Assembly: GCA_964016885.1 (NCBI GenBank)
Contig: OZ024741.1
Coordinates: 21,266,001 to 21,330,000 of the forward strand
DNA: 64,000 nucleotides
Origin: Eledone cirrhosa
Taxonomy: Eukaryota
Direction of reading: 5' to 3'
Shown here: one piece after another, positions 53,831 through 64,000 of the stretch
How the letters are laid out: every line of letters starts with the position of its first letter
Numbering within the stretch: position 1 is the first letter of the stretch
Program-made: the position numbers and the translations under genes
Notes under the pieces: model-generated
Databases searched by the model: none
What the model was told of the DNA's origin: nothing
The model's input: only the letters and a program-made list of their open reading frames with translations

Positions 53831-56800
53831 TGAGATTGAAGGAACTTTGGTTGGTCATGGGAGCCAGTCAGAATGTGAGAAGTTGAGATGGAAGGAACTT
53901 TGGTTGGTAATGGGAGCCAGTCAGAATGTGAGAAGATGAGATAGAAGGAACTTTGGTTGGTCATGGGAGCTAATCAGAATGTGAGAAGTTGAGATGGAAG
54001 GAACTTTGGTTGGTCATGGGAGCTAATCAGAATGTGAGAAGTTGAGATGGAAGGAACTTTGGTTGGTCATGGGAGCTAGTCAGAATCTGAGAAGATGAGA
54101 TGGAAGGAACTTTGGTTGGTCATGGGAGCTAATCAGAATGTGAGAAGTTGAGATGGAAGGAACTTTTGTTGGTCATGGGAGCCAGTCAGAATGTGAGAAG
54201 ATGAGATGGAAGGAACTTTGATTGGTCATGGGAGCCAGTCAGAATGTGAGAAGTTGAGATGGAAGGAACTTTTGTTGGTCATGGGAGCCAGTCAGAATGT
54301 GAGAAGATGAGATGGAAGGAACTTGTGTTGGTCATGGGAGCCAGTCAGAATGTGAGAAGATGAGATGGAAGGAACTTTGGTTGGTCATGGGAGCCAGTCA
54401 GAATGTGAGAAGTTGAGATGGAAGGAACTTGTGTTGGTCATGGGAGCCAGTCAGAATGTGAGAAGATGAGATGGAAGGAACTTGTGTTGGTCATGGGAGC
54501 CAGTCAGAATGTGAGAAGATGAGATGGAAGGAACTTTTGTTGGTCATGGGAGCCAGTCAGAATGTGAGAAGATGAGATGGAAGGAACTTTGGTTGGTCAT
54601 GGGAGCCAGTCAGAATGTGAGAAGTTGAGATGGAAGGAACTTTTGTTGGTCATGGGAGCTAGTCAGAAAGTGAGAAGATGAGATGTAAAGAACTTTGGTT
54701 GGTCATGGGAGCTAATCAGAATGTGAGAAGTTGAGATGGAAGGAACTTTGGTTGGTCATGCGAGCTAATCAGAATGTGAGAAGTTGAGATGGAAGGAACT
54801 TTGGTTGGTCATGGGAGCCAGTCAGAATGTGAGAAGATGAGATGGAAGGAACTTTGGTTGGTCATGGGAGCCAGTCAGAATGTGAGAAGTTGAGATGGAA
54901 GGAACTTTGGTTGGTCATGGGAGCCAGTCAGAATGTGAGAAGTTGAGATGGAAGGAACTTTTGTTGGTCATGGGAGCCAGTCAGAATGTGAGAAGATGAG
55001 ATGGAAGGAACTTTTGTTGGTCATGGGAGCCAGTCAGAATGTGAGAAGTTGAGATGGAAGGAACTTGTGTTGGTCGTGGGAGCCAGTCAGAAGGTGAGAA
55101 GATGAGATGGAAGGAACTTTTGTTGGTCATGGGAGCCAGTCAGAATGTGAGAAGATGAGATGGAAGGAACTTTGCTTGGTCATGGGAGCCAGTCATAATG
55201 TGAGAAGATGAGATGGAAGGAACTTTGGTTGGTCATGGGAGCCAGTCAGAATGTGAGAAGTTGAGATGGAAGGAACTTTTGTTGGTCATGGGAGCCAGTC
55301 AGAATGTGAGAAGTTGAGATGGAAGGAACTTTTGTTGGTCATGGGAGCCAGTCAGAATGTGAGAAGTTGAGATGGAAGGAACTTTTGTTGGTCATGGGAG
55401 CCAGTCAGAATGTGAGAAGTTGAGATGGAAGGAACTTGTGTTGGTCATGGGAGCCAGTCAGAATGTGAGAAGATGAGATGGAAGGAACTTTGGTTGGTCA
55501 TGGGAGCCAGTCAGAATGTGAGAAGATGAGATGGAAGGAACTTTGGTTGGTCATGGGAGCTAGTCAGAATCTGAGAAGATGAGATGGAATGAACTTTGGT
55601 TGGTCATGGGAGCTAATCAGAATGTGAGAAGATGAGATGGAAGGAACTTTGGTTGGTCATGGGAGCCAGTCAGAATCTGAGAAGATGAGATGGAAGGAAC
55701 TTTGATTGGTCATGGGAGCCAGTCAAAATGTGAGAAGATGAGATTGAAGGAACTTTGGTTGGTCATGGGAGCCAGTCAGAATGTGAGAAGTTGAGATGGA
55801 AGGAACTTTGGTTGGTCATGGGAGCCAGTCAGAATGTGAGAAGATGAGATAGAAGGAACTTTGGTTGGTCATGGGAGCTAATCAGAATGTGAGAAGTTGA
55901 GATGGAAGGAACTTTGGTTGGTCATGGGAGCTAATCAGAATGTGAGAAGTTGAGATGGAAGGAACTTTGGTTGGTCATGGGAGCTAGTCAGAATCTGAGA
56001 AGATGAGATGGAAGGAACTTTGGTTGGTCATGGGAGCTAATCAGAATGTGAGAAGATGAGATGGAAGGAACTTTGGTTGGTCATGGGAGCTAGTCAGAAT
56101 GTGAGAAGTTGAGATGGAAGGAACTTTGGTTGGTCATGGGAGCCAGTCAGAATGTGAGAAGTTCAGATGGAAGGAACTTTGGTTGGTCACGGGAGCTAAT
56201 CAGAATGTGAGAAGATGAGATGGAAGGAACTTTGGTTGGTCATGGGAGCCAGTCAGAATGTGAGAAGTTGAGATGGAAGGAACTTTTGTTGGTCATGGGA
56301 GCCAGTCAGAATGTGAGAAGTTGAGATGGAAGGAAATTGTGTTGGTCATGGGAGCCAGTCAGAAGGTGAGAAGATGAGATGGAAGGAACTTTTGTTGGTC
56401 ATGGGAGCCAGTCAGAATGTGAGAAGATGAGATGGAAGGAACTTTGGTTGGTCATGGGAGCCAGTCAGAATGTGAGAAGATGAGATGGAAGGAACTTTGG
56501 TTGGTCATGGGAGCCAGTCAGAATGTGAGAAGTTGAGATGGAAGGAACTTTTGTTGGTCATGGGAGCCAGTCAGAATGTGAGAAGTTGAGATGGAAGGAA
56601 CTTTTGTTGGTCATGGGAGCCAGTCAGAATGTGAGAAGTTGAGATGGAAGGAACTTTGGTTGGTCATGGGAGCCAGTCAGAATGTGAGAAGTTGAGATGG
56701 AAGGAACTTTGGTTGGTCATGCGAGCTAATCAGAATGTGAGAAGTTGAGATGGAAGGAACTTTGGTTGGTCATGGGAGCCAGTCAGAATGTGAGAAGTTG

Positions 56801-59800
56801 AGATGGAAGGAACTTTGGTTGGTCATGGGAGCCAGTCAGAAGGTGAGAAGATGAGATGGAAGGAACTTTTGTTGGTCATGGGAGCCAGTCAGAATGTGAG
56901 AAGTTGAGATGGAAGGAACTTTTGTTGGTCATGGGAGCCAGTCAGAATGTGAGAAGTTGAGATGGGAGGAACTTTGGTTGGTCATGCGAGCTAATCAGAA
57001 TGTGAGAAGTTGAGATGGAAGGAACTTTGGTTGGTCATGCGAGCTAATCAGAATGTGAGAAGTTGAGATGGAAGGAACTTTTGTTGGTCATGGGAGCCAG
57101 TCAGAATGTGAGAAGTTGAGATGGAAGGAACTTTGGTTGGTCATGCGAGCTAATCAGAATGTGAGAAGATGAGATGGAAGGAACTTTGGTTGGTCATGGG
57201 AGCCAGTCAGAAGGTGAGAAGATGAGATGGAAGGAACTTTTGTTGGTCATGGGAGCCAGTCAGAATGTGAGAAGTTGAGATGGAAGGAACTTGTGTTGGT
57301 CATGGGAGCCAGTCAGAAGGTGAGAAGATGAGATGGAAGGAACTTTTGTTGGTCATGGGAGCCAGTCAGAATGTGAGAAGTTGAGATTGGAGGAACTTTG
57401 GTTGGTCATGCGAGCTAATCAGAATGTGAGAAGTTGAGATGGAAGGAACTTTGGTTGGTCATGCGAGCTAATCAGAATGTGAGAAGTTGAGATGGAAGGA
57501 ACTTTGGTTGGTCATGGGAGCCAGTCAGAATGTGAGAAGATGAGATGGAAGGAACTTTTGTTGGTCATGGGAGCCAGTCAGAATGTGAGAAGTTGAGATG
57601 GAAGGAACTTTTGTTGGTCATGGGAGCTAATCAGAATGTGAGAAGATGAGATGGAACGAACTTTGGTTGGTCATGGGAGCCAGTCAGAATGTGAGAAGTT
57701 GAGATGGAAGGAACTTTGGTTGGTCATGGGAGCCAGTCAGAATGTGAGAAGATGAGATGGAAGGAACTTTGGTTGGTCATGGGAGCCAGTCAGAATGTGA
57801 GAAGTTGAGATGGAAGGAACTTTTGTTGGTCATGGGAGCTAATCAGAATGTGAGAAGATGAGATGGAAGGAACTTTGGTTGGTCATGGGAACCAGTCAGA
57901 ATGTGAGAAGTTGAGATGGAAGGAACTTTGGTTGGTCGTGGGAGCCAGTCAGAATGTGACAAGATGAGATGGAAGGAACTTTGGTTGGTCATGGGAGCCA
58001 GTCAGAATGTGAGATGTTGAGATGGAAGGAACTTTTGTTGGTCATGGGAGCCAGTCAGAATGTGAGAAGTTGAGATGGAAGGAACTTTGGTTGGTCATGG
58101 GAGCCAGTCAGAATGTGAGAAGATGAGATGGAAGGAACTTTGGTTGGTCATGGGAGCTAATCAGAATGTGAGAAGATGAGATGGAAGGAACTTTGGTTGG
58201 TCATGGGAGCTAATCAGAATGTGAGAAGATGAGATGGAAGGAACTTTGGTTGGTCATGGGAGCTAGTCAGAATATGAGAAGATGAGATGGAAGGAACTTT
58301 GGTTGGTCATGGGAGCCAGTCAGAATGTCAGAAGATGAGATGGAAGGAGCTTTGGTTGGTCATGGGAGCTAGTCAGAATGTGAAAAGATGAGATGGAAGG
58401 AACTTTGGTTGGTCATGGGAGCCAGTCAGAATGTGAGAAGATGAGATGGAAGGAACTTTGGTTGGTCATGGGAGCTAGTCAGAATGTGAGAAGATGAGAT
58501 GGAAGGAACTTTGGTTGGTCATGGGAGCCAGTCAGAATGTGAGAAGATGAGATGGAAGGAACTTTGGTTGGTCATGGGAGCTAGTCAGAATGTGAGAAGA
58601 TGAGATGGAAGGAACTTTGGATGGTCATGGGAGCTAATCAGAATGTGGGAAAATGAGATGGAAGGAACTTTGGTTGGTCATGGGAGCTAGTCAGAATGTG
58701 AGAAGATGAGATGGAAGGAACTTTGGTTGGTCATGGGAGCCAGTCAGAATGTGAGAAGTTGAGATGGAAGGAACTTTGGTTGGTCATGGGAGCTAATCAG
58801 AATGTGGGAAGTTGAGATGGAAGGAACTTTGGTTGGTCATGGGAGCTAGTCAGAATGTGAGAAGTTGAGATGGAAGGAACTTTGGTTGGTCATGCGAGCT
58901 AGTCAGAATGTGAGAAGATGAGATGGAAGGAACTTTGGATGGTCATGGGAGCTAATCAGAATGTGAGAAGATGAGATGGAAGGAACTTTGGTTGGTCATG
59001 GGAGCTAGTCAGAATGTGAGAAGATGAGATGTAAGGAACTTTGGTTGGTCATGGGAGCCAGTCAGAATGTGAGAAGATGAGATGGAAAGAACTTTTGTTG
59101 GTCATGGGAGCTAATCAGAATCTGAGAAGATGAGATGGAAGGAACTTTGGTTGGTCATGGGAGCTAATCAGAATGTGAGAAGTTGAGATGGAAGGAACTT
59201 TTGTTGGTCATGGGAGCTAATCAGAATGTGAGAAGTTGAGATGGAAGGAACTTTTGTTGGTCATGGGAGCCAGTCAGAATGTGAGAAGATGAGATGGAAG
59301 GAACTTTGGTTGGTCATGGGAGCAAGTCAGAATGTGAGAAGATGAGATGGAAGGAACTTTTGTTGGTCATGGGAGCCAGTCAGAATGTGAGAAGTTGAGA
59401 TGGAAGGAACTTTTGTTGGTCATGGGAGCCAGTCAGAATGTGAGAAGTTGAGATGGAAGGAACTTTGGTTGGTCATGGGAGCCAGTCAGAATGTGAGAAG
59501 TTGAGATGGAAGGAACTTTGGTTGGTCATGCGAGCTAATCAGAATGTGAGAAGTTGAGATGGAAGGAACTTTGGTTGGTCATGGGAGCCAGTCAGAATGT
59601 GAGAAGTTGAGTTGGAAGGAACTTTGGTTGGTCATGGGAGCCAGTCAGAAGGTGAGAAGATGAGATGGAAGGAACTTTTGTTGGTCATGGGAGCCAGTCA
59701 GAATGTGAGAAGTTGAGATGGAAGGAACTTTTGTTGGTCATGGGAGCCAGTCAGAATGTGAGAAGTTGAGATGGAAGGAACTTTGGTTGGTCATGCGAGC

Positions 59801-62800
59801 TAATCAGAATGTGAGAAGTTGAGATGGAAGGAACTTTGGTTGGTCATGCGAGCTAATCAGAATGTGAGAAGTTGAGATGGAAGGAACTTTTGTTGGTCAT
59901 GGGAGCCAGTCAGAATGTGAGAAGTTGAGATGGAAGGAACTTTGGTTGGTCATGCGAGCTAATCAGAATGTGAGAAGATGAGATGGAAGGAACTTTGGTT
60001 GGTCATGGGAGCCAGTCAGAAGGTGAGAAGATGAGATGGAAGGAACTTTTGTTGGTCATGGGAGCCAGTCAGAATGTGAGAAGTTGAGATGGAAGGAACT
60101 TTGGTTGGTCATGGGAGCTAATCAGAATGTGAGAAGATGAGATGGAAGGAACTTTGGTTGGTCATGGGAGCTAATCAGAATGTGAGAAGATGAGATGGAA
60201 GGAACTTTGGTTGGTCATGGGAGCTAATCAGAATGTGAGAAGTTGAGATGGAAGGAACTTTGGTTGGTCATGGGAGCTAGTCAGAATGTGAGAAGATGAG
60301 ATGGAAGGAACTTTGGTTGGTCATGGGAGCTAGTCAGAATGTGAAAAGATGAGATGGAAGGAACTTTGGTTGGTCATGGGAGCTAGTCAGAATGTGAGAA
60401 GATGAGATGGAAGGAACTTTGGTTGGTCATGGGAGCTAGTCAGAATGTGAGAAGATGAGATGGAAGGAACTTTGGTTGGTCATGGGAGCTAGTCAGAATG
60501 TGAGAAGATGAGATGTAAGGAACTTTGGTTGGTCATGGGAGCTAGTCAGAATGTGAGAAGATGAGATGGAAGGAACTTTGGTTGGTCATGGGAGCTAGTC
60601 AGAATGTGAGAAGATGAGATGTAAGGAACTTTGGTTGGTCATGGGAGCTAATCAGAATGTGAGAAGATGAGATGGAAGGAACTTTGGTTGGTCATGGGAG
60701 CTAATCAGAATGTGAGAAGATGAGATGGAAGGAACTTTGGTTGGTCATGGGAGCTAGTCAGAATGTGAGAAGATGAGATGGAAGGAACTTTGGTTGGTCA
60801 TGGGAGCCAGTCAGAATGTGAGAAGATGAGATGGAAGGAACTTTGGTTGGTCATGGGAGCTAGTCAGAATGTGAGAAGATGAGATGGAAGGAACTTTGGT
60901 TGGTCATGGGAGCCAGTCAGAATGTGAGAAGATGAGATGGAAGGAACTTTGGTTGGTCATGGGAGCTAGTCAGAATGTGAGAAGATGAGATGGAAGGAAC
61001 TTTGGTTGGTCATGGGAGCCAGTCAGAATGTGAGAAGATGAGATGGAAGGAACTTTGGTTGGTCATGGGAGCTAGTCAGAATGTGAGAAGATGAGATGGA
61101 AGGAACTTTGGATGGTCATGGGAGCTAATCAGAATGTGGGAAGATGAGATGGAAGGAACTTTGGTTGGTCATGGGAGCTAGTCAGAATGTGAGAAGATGA
61201 GATGGAAGGAACTTTGGTTGGTCATGGGAGCCAGTCAGAATGTGAGAAGTTGAGATGGAAGGAACTTTGGTTGGTCATGGGAGCTAATCAGAATGTGGGA
61301 AGTTGAGATGGAAGGAACTTTGGTTGGTCATGGGAGCTAGTCAGAATGTGAGAAGTTGAGATGGAAGGAACTTTGGTTGGTCATGCGAGCTAGTCAGAAT
61401 GTGAGAAGATGAGATGGAAGGAACTTTGGATGGTCATGGGAGCTAATCAGAATGTGAGAAGATGAGATGGAAGGAACTTTGGTTGGTCATGGGAGCTAGT
61501 CAGAATGTGAGAAGATGAGATGTAAGGAACTTTGGTTGGTCATGGGAGCCAGTCAGAATGTGAGAAGATGAGATGGAAGGAACTTTTGTTGGTCATGGGA
61601 GCTAATCAGAATCTGAGAAGATGAGATGGAAGGAACTTTGGTTGGTCATGGGAGCTAATCAGAATGTGAGAAGTTGAGATGGAAGGAACTTTTGTTAGTC
61701 ATGGGAGCTAATCAGAATGTGAGAAGTTGAGATGGAAGGAACTTTTGTTGGTCATGGGAGCCAGTCAGAATGTGAGAAGATGAGATGGAAGGAACTTTGG
61801 TTGGTCATGGGAGCAAGTCAGAATGTGAGAAGATGAGATGGAAGGAACTTCGGTTGGTCATGGGAGCCAGTCAGAAGGTGAGAAGATGAGATGGAAGGAA
61901 CTTTTGTTGGTCATGGGAGCCAGTCAGAATGTGAGAAGTTGAGATGGAAGGAACTTTGGTTGGTCATGGGAGCCAGTCAGAATGTGAGAAGTTGAGATGG
62001 AAGGAACTTTGGTTGGTCATGCGAGCTAATCAGAATGTGAGAAGTTGAGATGGAAGGAACTTTGGTTGGTCATGGGAGCCAGTCAGAATGTGAGAAGTTG
62101 AGATGGAAGGAACTTTGGTTGGTCATGGGAGCCAGTCAGAAGGTGAGAAGATGAGATGGAAGGAACTTTTGTTGGTCATGGGAGCCAGTCAGAATGTGAG
62201 AAGTTGAGATGGAAGGAACTTTTGTTGGTCATGGAAGCCAGTCAGAATGTGAGAAGTTGAGATGGAAGGAACTTTGGTTGGTCATGCGAGCTAATCAGAA
62301 TGTGAGAAGTTGAGATGGAAGGAACTTTGGTTGGTCATGCGAGCTAATCAGAATGTGAGAAGTTGAGATGGAAGGAACTTTTGTTGGTCATGGGAGCCAG
62401 TCAGAATGTGAGAAGTTGAGATGGAAGGAACTTTGGTTGGTCATGCGAGCTAATCAGAATGTGAGAAGATGAGATGGAAGGAACTTTGGTTGGTCATGGG
62501 AGCCAGTCAGAAGGTGAGAAGATGAGATGGAAGGAACTTTCGTTGGTCATGGGAGCCAGTCAGAATGTGAGAAGTTGAGATGGAAGGAACTTGTGTTGGT
62601 CATGGGAGCCAGTCAGAAGGTGAGAAGATGAGATGGAAGGAACTTTTGTTGGTCATGGGAGCCAGTCAGAATGTGAGAAGTTGAGATGGAAGGAACTTTG
62701 GTTGGTCATGCGAGCTAATCAGAATGTGAGAAGTTGAGATGGAAGGAACTTTGGTTGGTCATGCGAGCTAATCAGAATGTGAGAAGTTGAGATGGAAGGA

Positions 62801-64000
62801 ACTTTGGTTGGTCATGGGAGCCAGTCAGAATGTGAGAAGATGAGATGGAAGGAACTTTTGTTGGTCATGGGAGCCAGTCAGAATGTGAGAAGATGAGATG
62901 GAAGGAACTTTGGTTGGTCATGGGAGCCAGTCAGAATGTGAGAAGTTGAGATGGAAGGAACTTTTGTTGGTCATGGGAGCTAGTCAGAAAGTGAGAAGAT
63001 GAGATGTAAAGAACTTTGGTTGGTCATGGGAGCTAATCAGAATGTGAGAAGTTGAGATGGAAGGAACTTTGGTTGGTCATGCGAGCTAATCAGAATGTGA
63101 GAAGTTGAGATGGAAGGAACTTTGGTTGGTCATGGGAGCTAATCAGAACATGAGAAGTTGAGATGGAAGGAACTTTGGTTGGTCATGGGAGCTAGTCAGA
63201 ATCTGAGAAGATGAGATGGAAGGAACTTTGGTTGCTCATGGGAGCTAATCAGAATGTGAGAAGATGAGATGGAAGGAACTTTGGTTGGTCATGGGAGCTA
63301 GTCAGAATGTGAGAAGTTGAGATGGAAGGAACTTTGGTTGGTCATGGGAGCCAGTCAGAATGTGAGAAGTTCAGATGGAAGGAACTTTGGTTGGTCACGG
63401 GAGCTAATCAGAATGTGAGAAGATGAGATGGAAGGAATTTTGGTTGGTCATGGGAGCAAGTCAGAATGTGAGAAGTTGAGATGGAAGGAACTTTTGTTGG
63501 TCATGGGAGCCAGTCAGAATGTGAGAAGTTGAGATGGAAGGAACTTGTGTTGGTCATGGGAGCCAGTCAGAATGTGAGAAGATGAGATGGAATGAACTTT
63601 GGTTGGACATGGGAGCTAATCAGAATGTGAGAAGATGAGATGGAAGGAACTTTGGTTGGTCATGGGAGCTAATCAGAACGTGAGAAGTTGAGATGGAAGG
63701 AACTTTGGTTGGTCATGGGAGCTAGTCAGAATCTGAGAAGATGAGATGGAAGGAACTTTGGTTGCTCATGGGAGCTAATCAGAATGTGAGAAGATGAGAT
63801 GGAAGGAACTTTGGTTGGTCATGGGAGCTAGTCAGAATGTGAGAAGTTGAGATGGAAGGAACTTTGGTTGGTCATGGGAGCCAGTCAGAATGTGAGAAGT
63901 TCAGATGGAAGGAACTTTGGTTGGTCACGGGAGCTAATCAGAATGTGAGAAGATGAGATGGAAGGAATTTTGGTTGGTCATGGGAGCCAGTCAGAATGTG
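50138..64000 (+). repeat. Copy B of the >=13.5 kb long-range duplication (partner 1-13545)
   Basis: Offsets to copy A are 50137, then 50508, then 50455 (946, 953 and 952 monomers minus 1 bp). Confidence 0.93.

Larger units (their letters stand above)
1..64000 (+). repeat. 53-bp tandem satellite DNA array, about 1,207 monomers, single orientation, open at both window ends
   Basis: The motif GGTCATGGGAGC recurs every 53 bp (C at 9, 62, 115...). Phase checked every 3180 bp (60 monomers) is constant, apart from one -1 shift between 12721 and 15901. No non-repeat sequence was seen. Confidence 0.99.

Noticed and set aside
1-64000. CRISPR array or other repeat-spacer system
   Set aside because: There are no unique spacers, leader or cas genes. 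Monomers differ only at a few single positions.
1-64000. Giant repetitive protein gene on either strand
   Set aside because: The 53-bp period cycles through all reading frames and hits stops; the ORF track shows nothing long on either strand.
1-64000. Variant pattern as an encoded message or a programmed diversification system
   Set aside because: The order of variants is accounted for by copying of blocks at multiples of 53 bp. No associated enzyme gene or target is present.
1-64000. Canonical telomeric repeat, tRNA/5S-derived array or a named satellite family
   Set aside because: There is no short telomere unit (TTGG occurs only twice per monomer), no recognisable Pol III boxes or cloverleaf, and I do not recognise the monomer. 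A Dfam, Repbase or BLAST search would be needed, and a complex telomere-associated satellite cannot be excluded without flanking sequence.

Overview
The whole 64 kb window is one uninterrupted head-to-tail array of a 53-bp satellite (about 1,207 copies). The consensus is TTGGTTGGTCATGGGAGCTAATCAGAATGTGAGAAGATGAGATGGAAGGAACT (43% GC, 19 G vs 4 C on the + strand, no CpG). I see no genes, RNA genes, transposons, CRISPR spacers, inversions or unique sequence, and the single ORF is a by-product of the repeat. I cannot name the satellite family or organism; the architecture resembles eukaryotic heterochromatic or centromeric satellite DNA. The information lies in the variants. A few common polymorphic sites (TTTG/TTTT, CTAAT/CTAGT/CCAGT, GAT/GTT, GGG/GCG) and many rare marker SNVs reveal nested duplications. 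Their offsets are whole multiples of 53 bp: 4, 10, 46-47, 52-53, 98-99, 142, 180, 191-192 and 946-953 monomers, the last minus 1 bp because it spans the only net frame slip (about 13991). I find no support for a novel gene-encoded system. All offsets were worked out by hand from marker positions, and block boundaries are approximate to 1-2 monomers.
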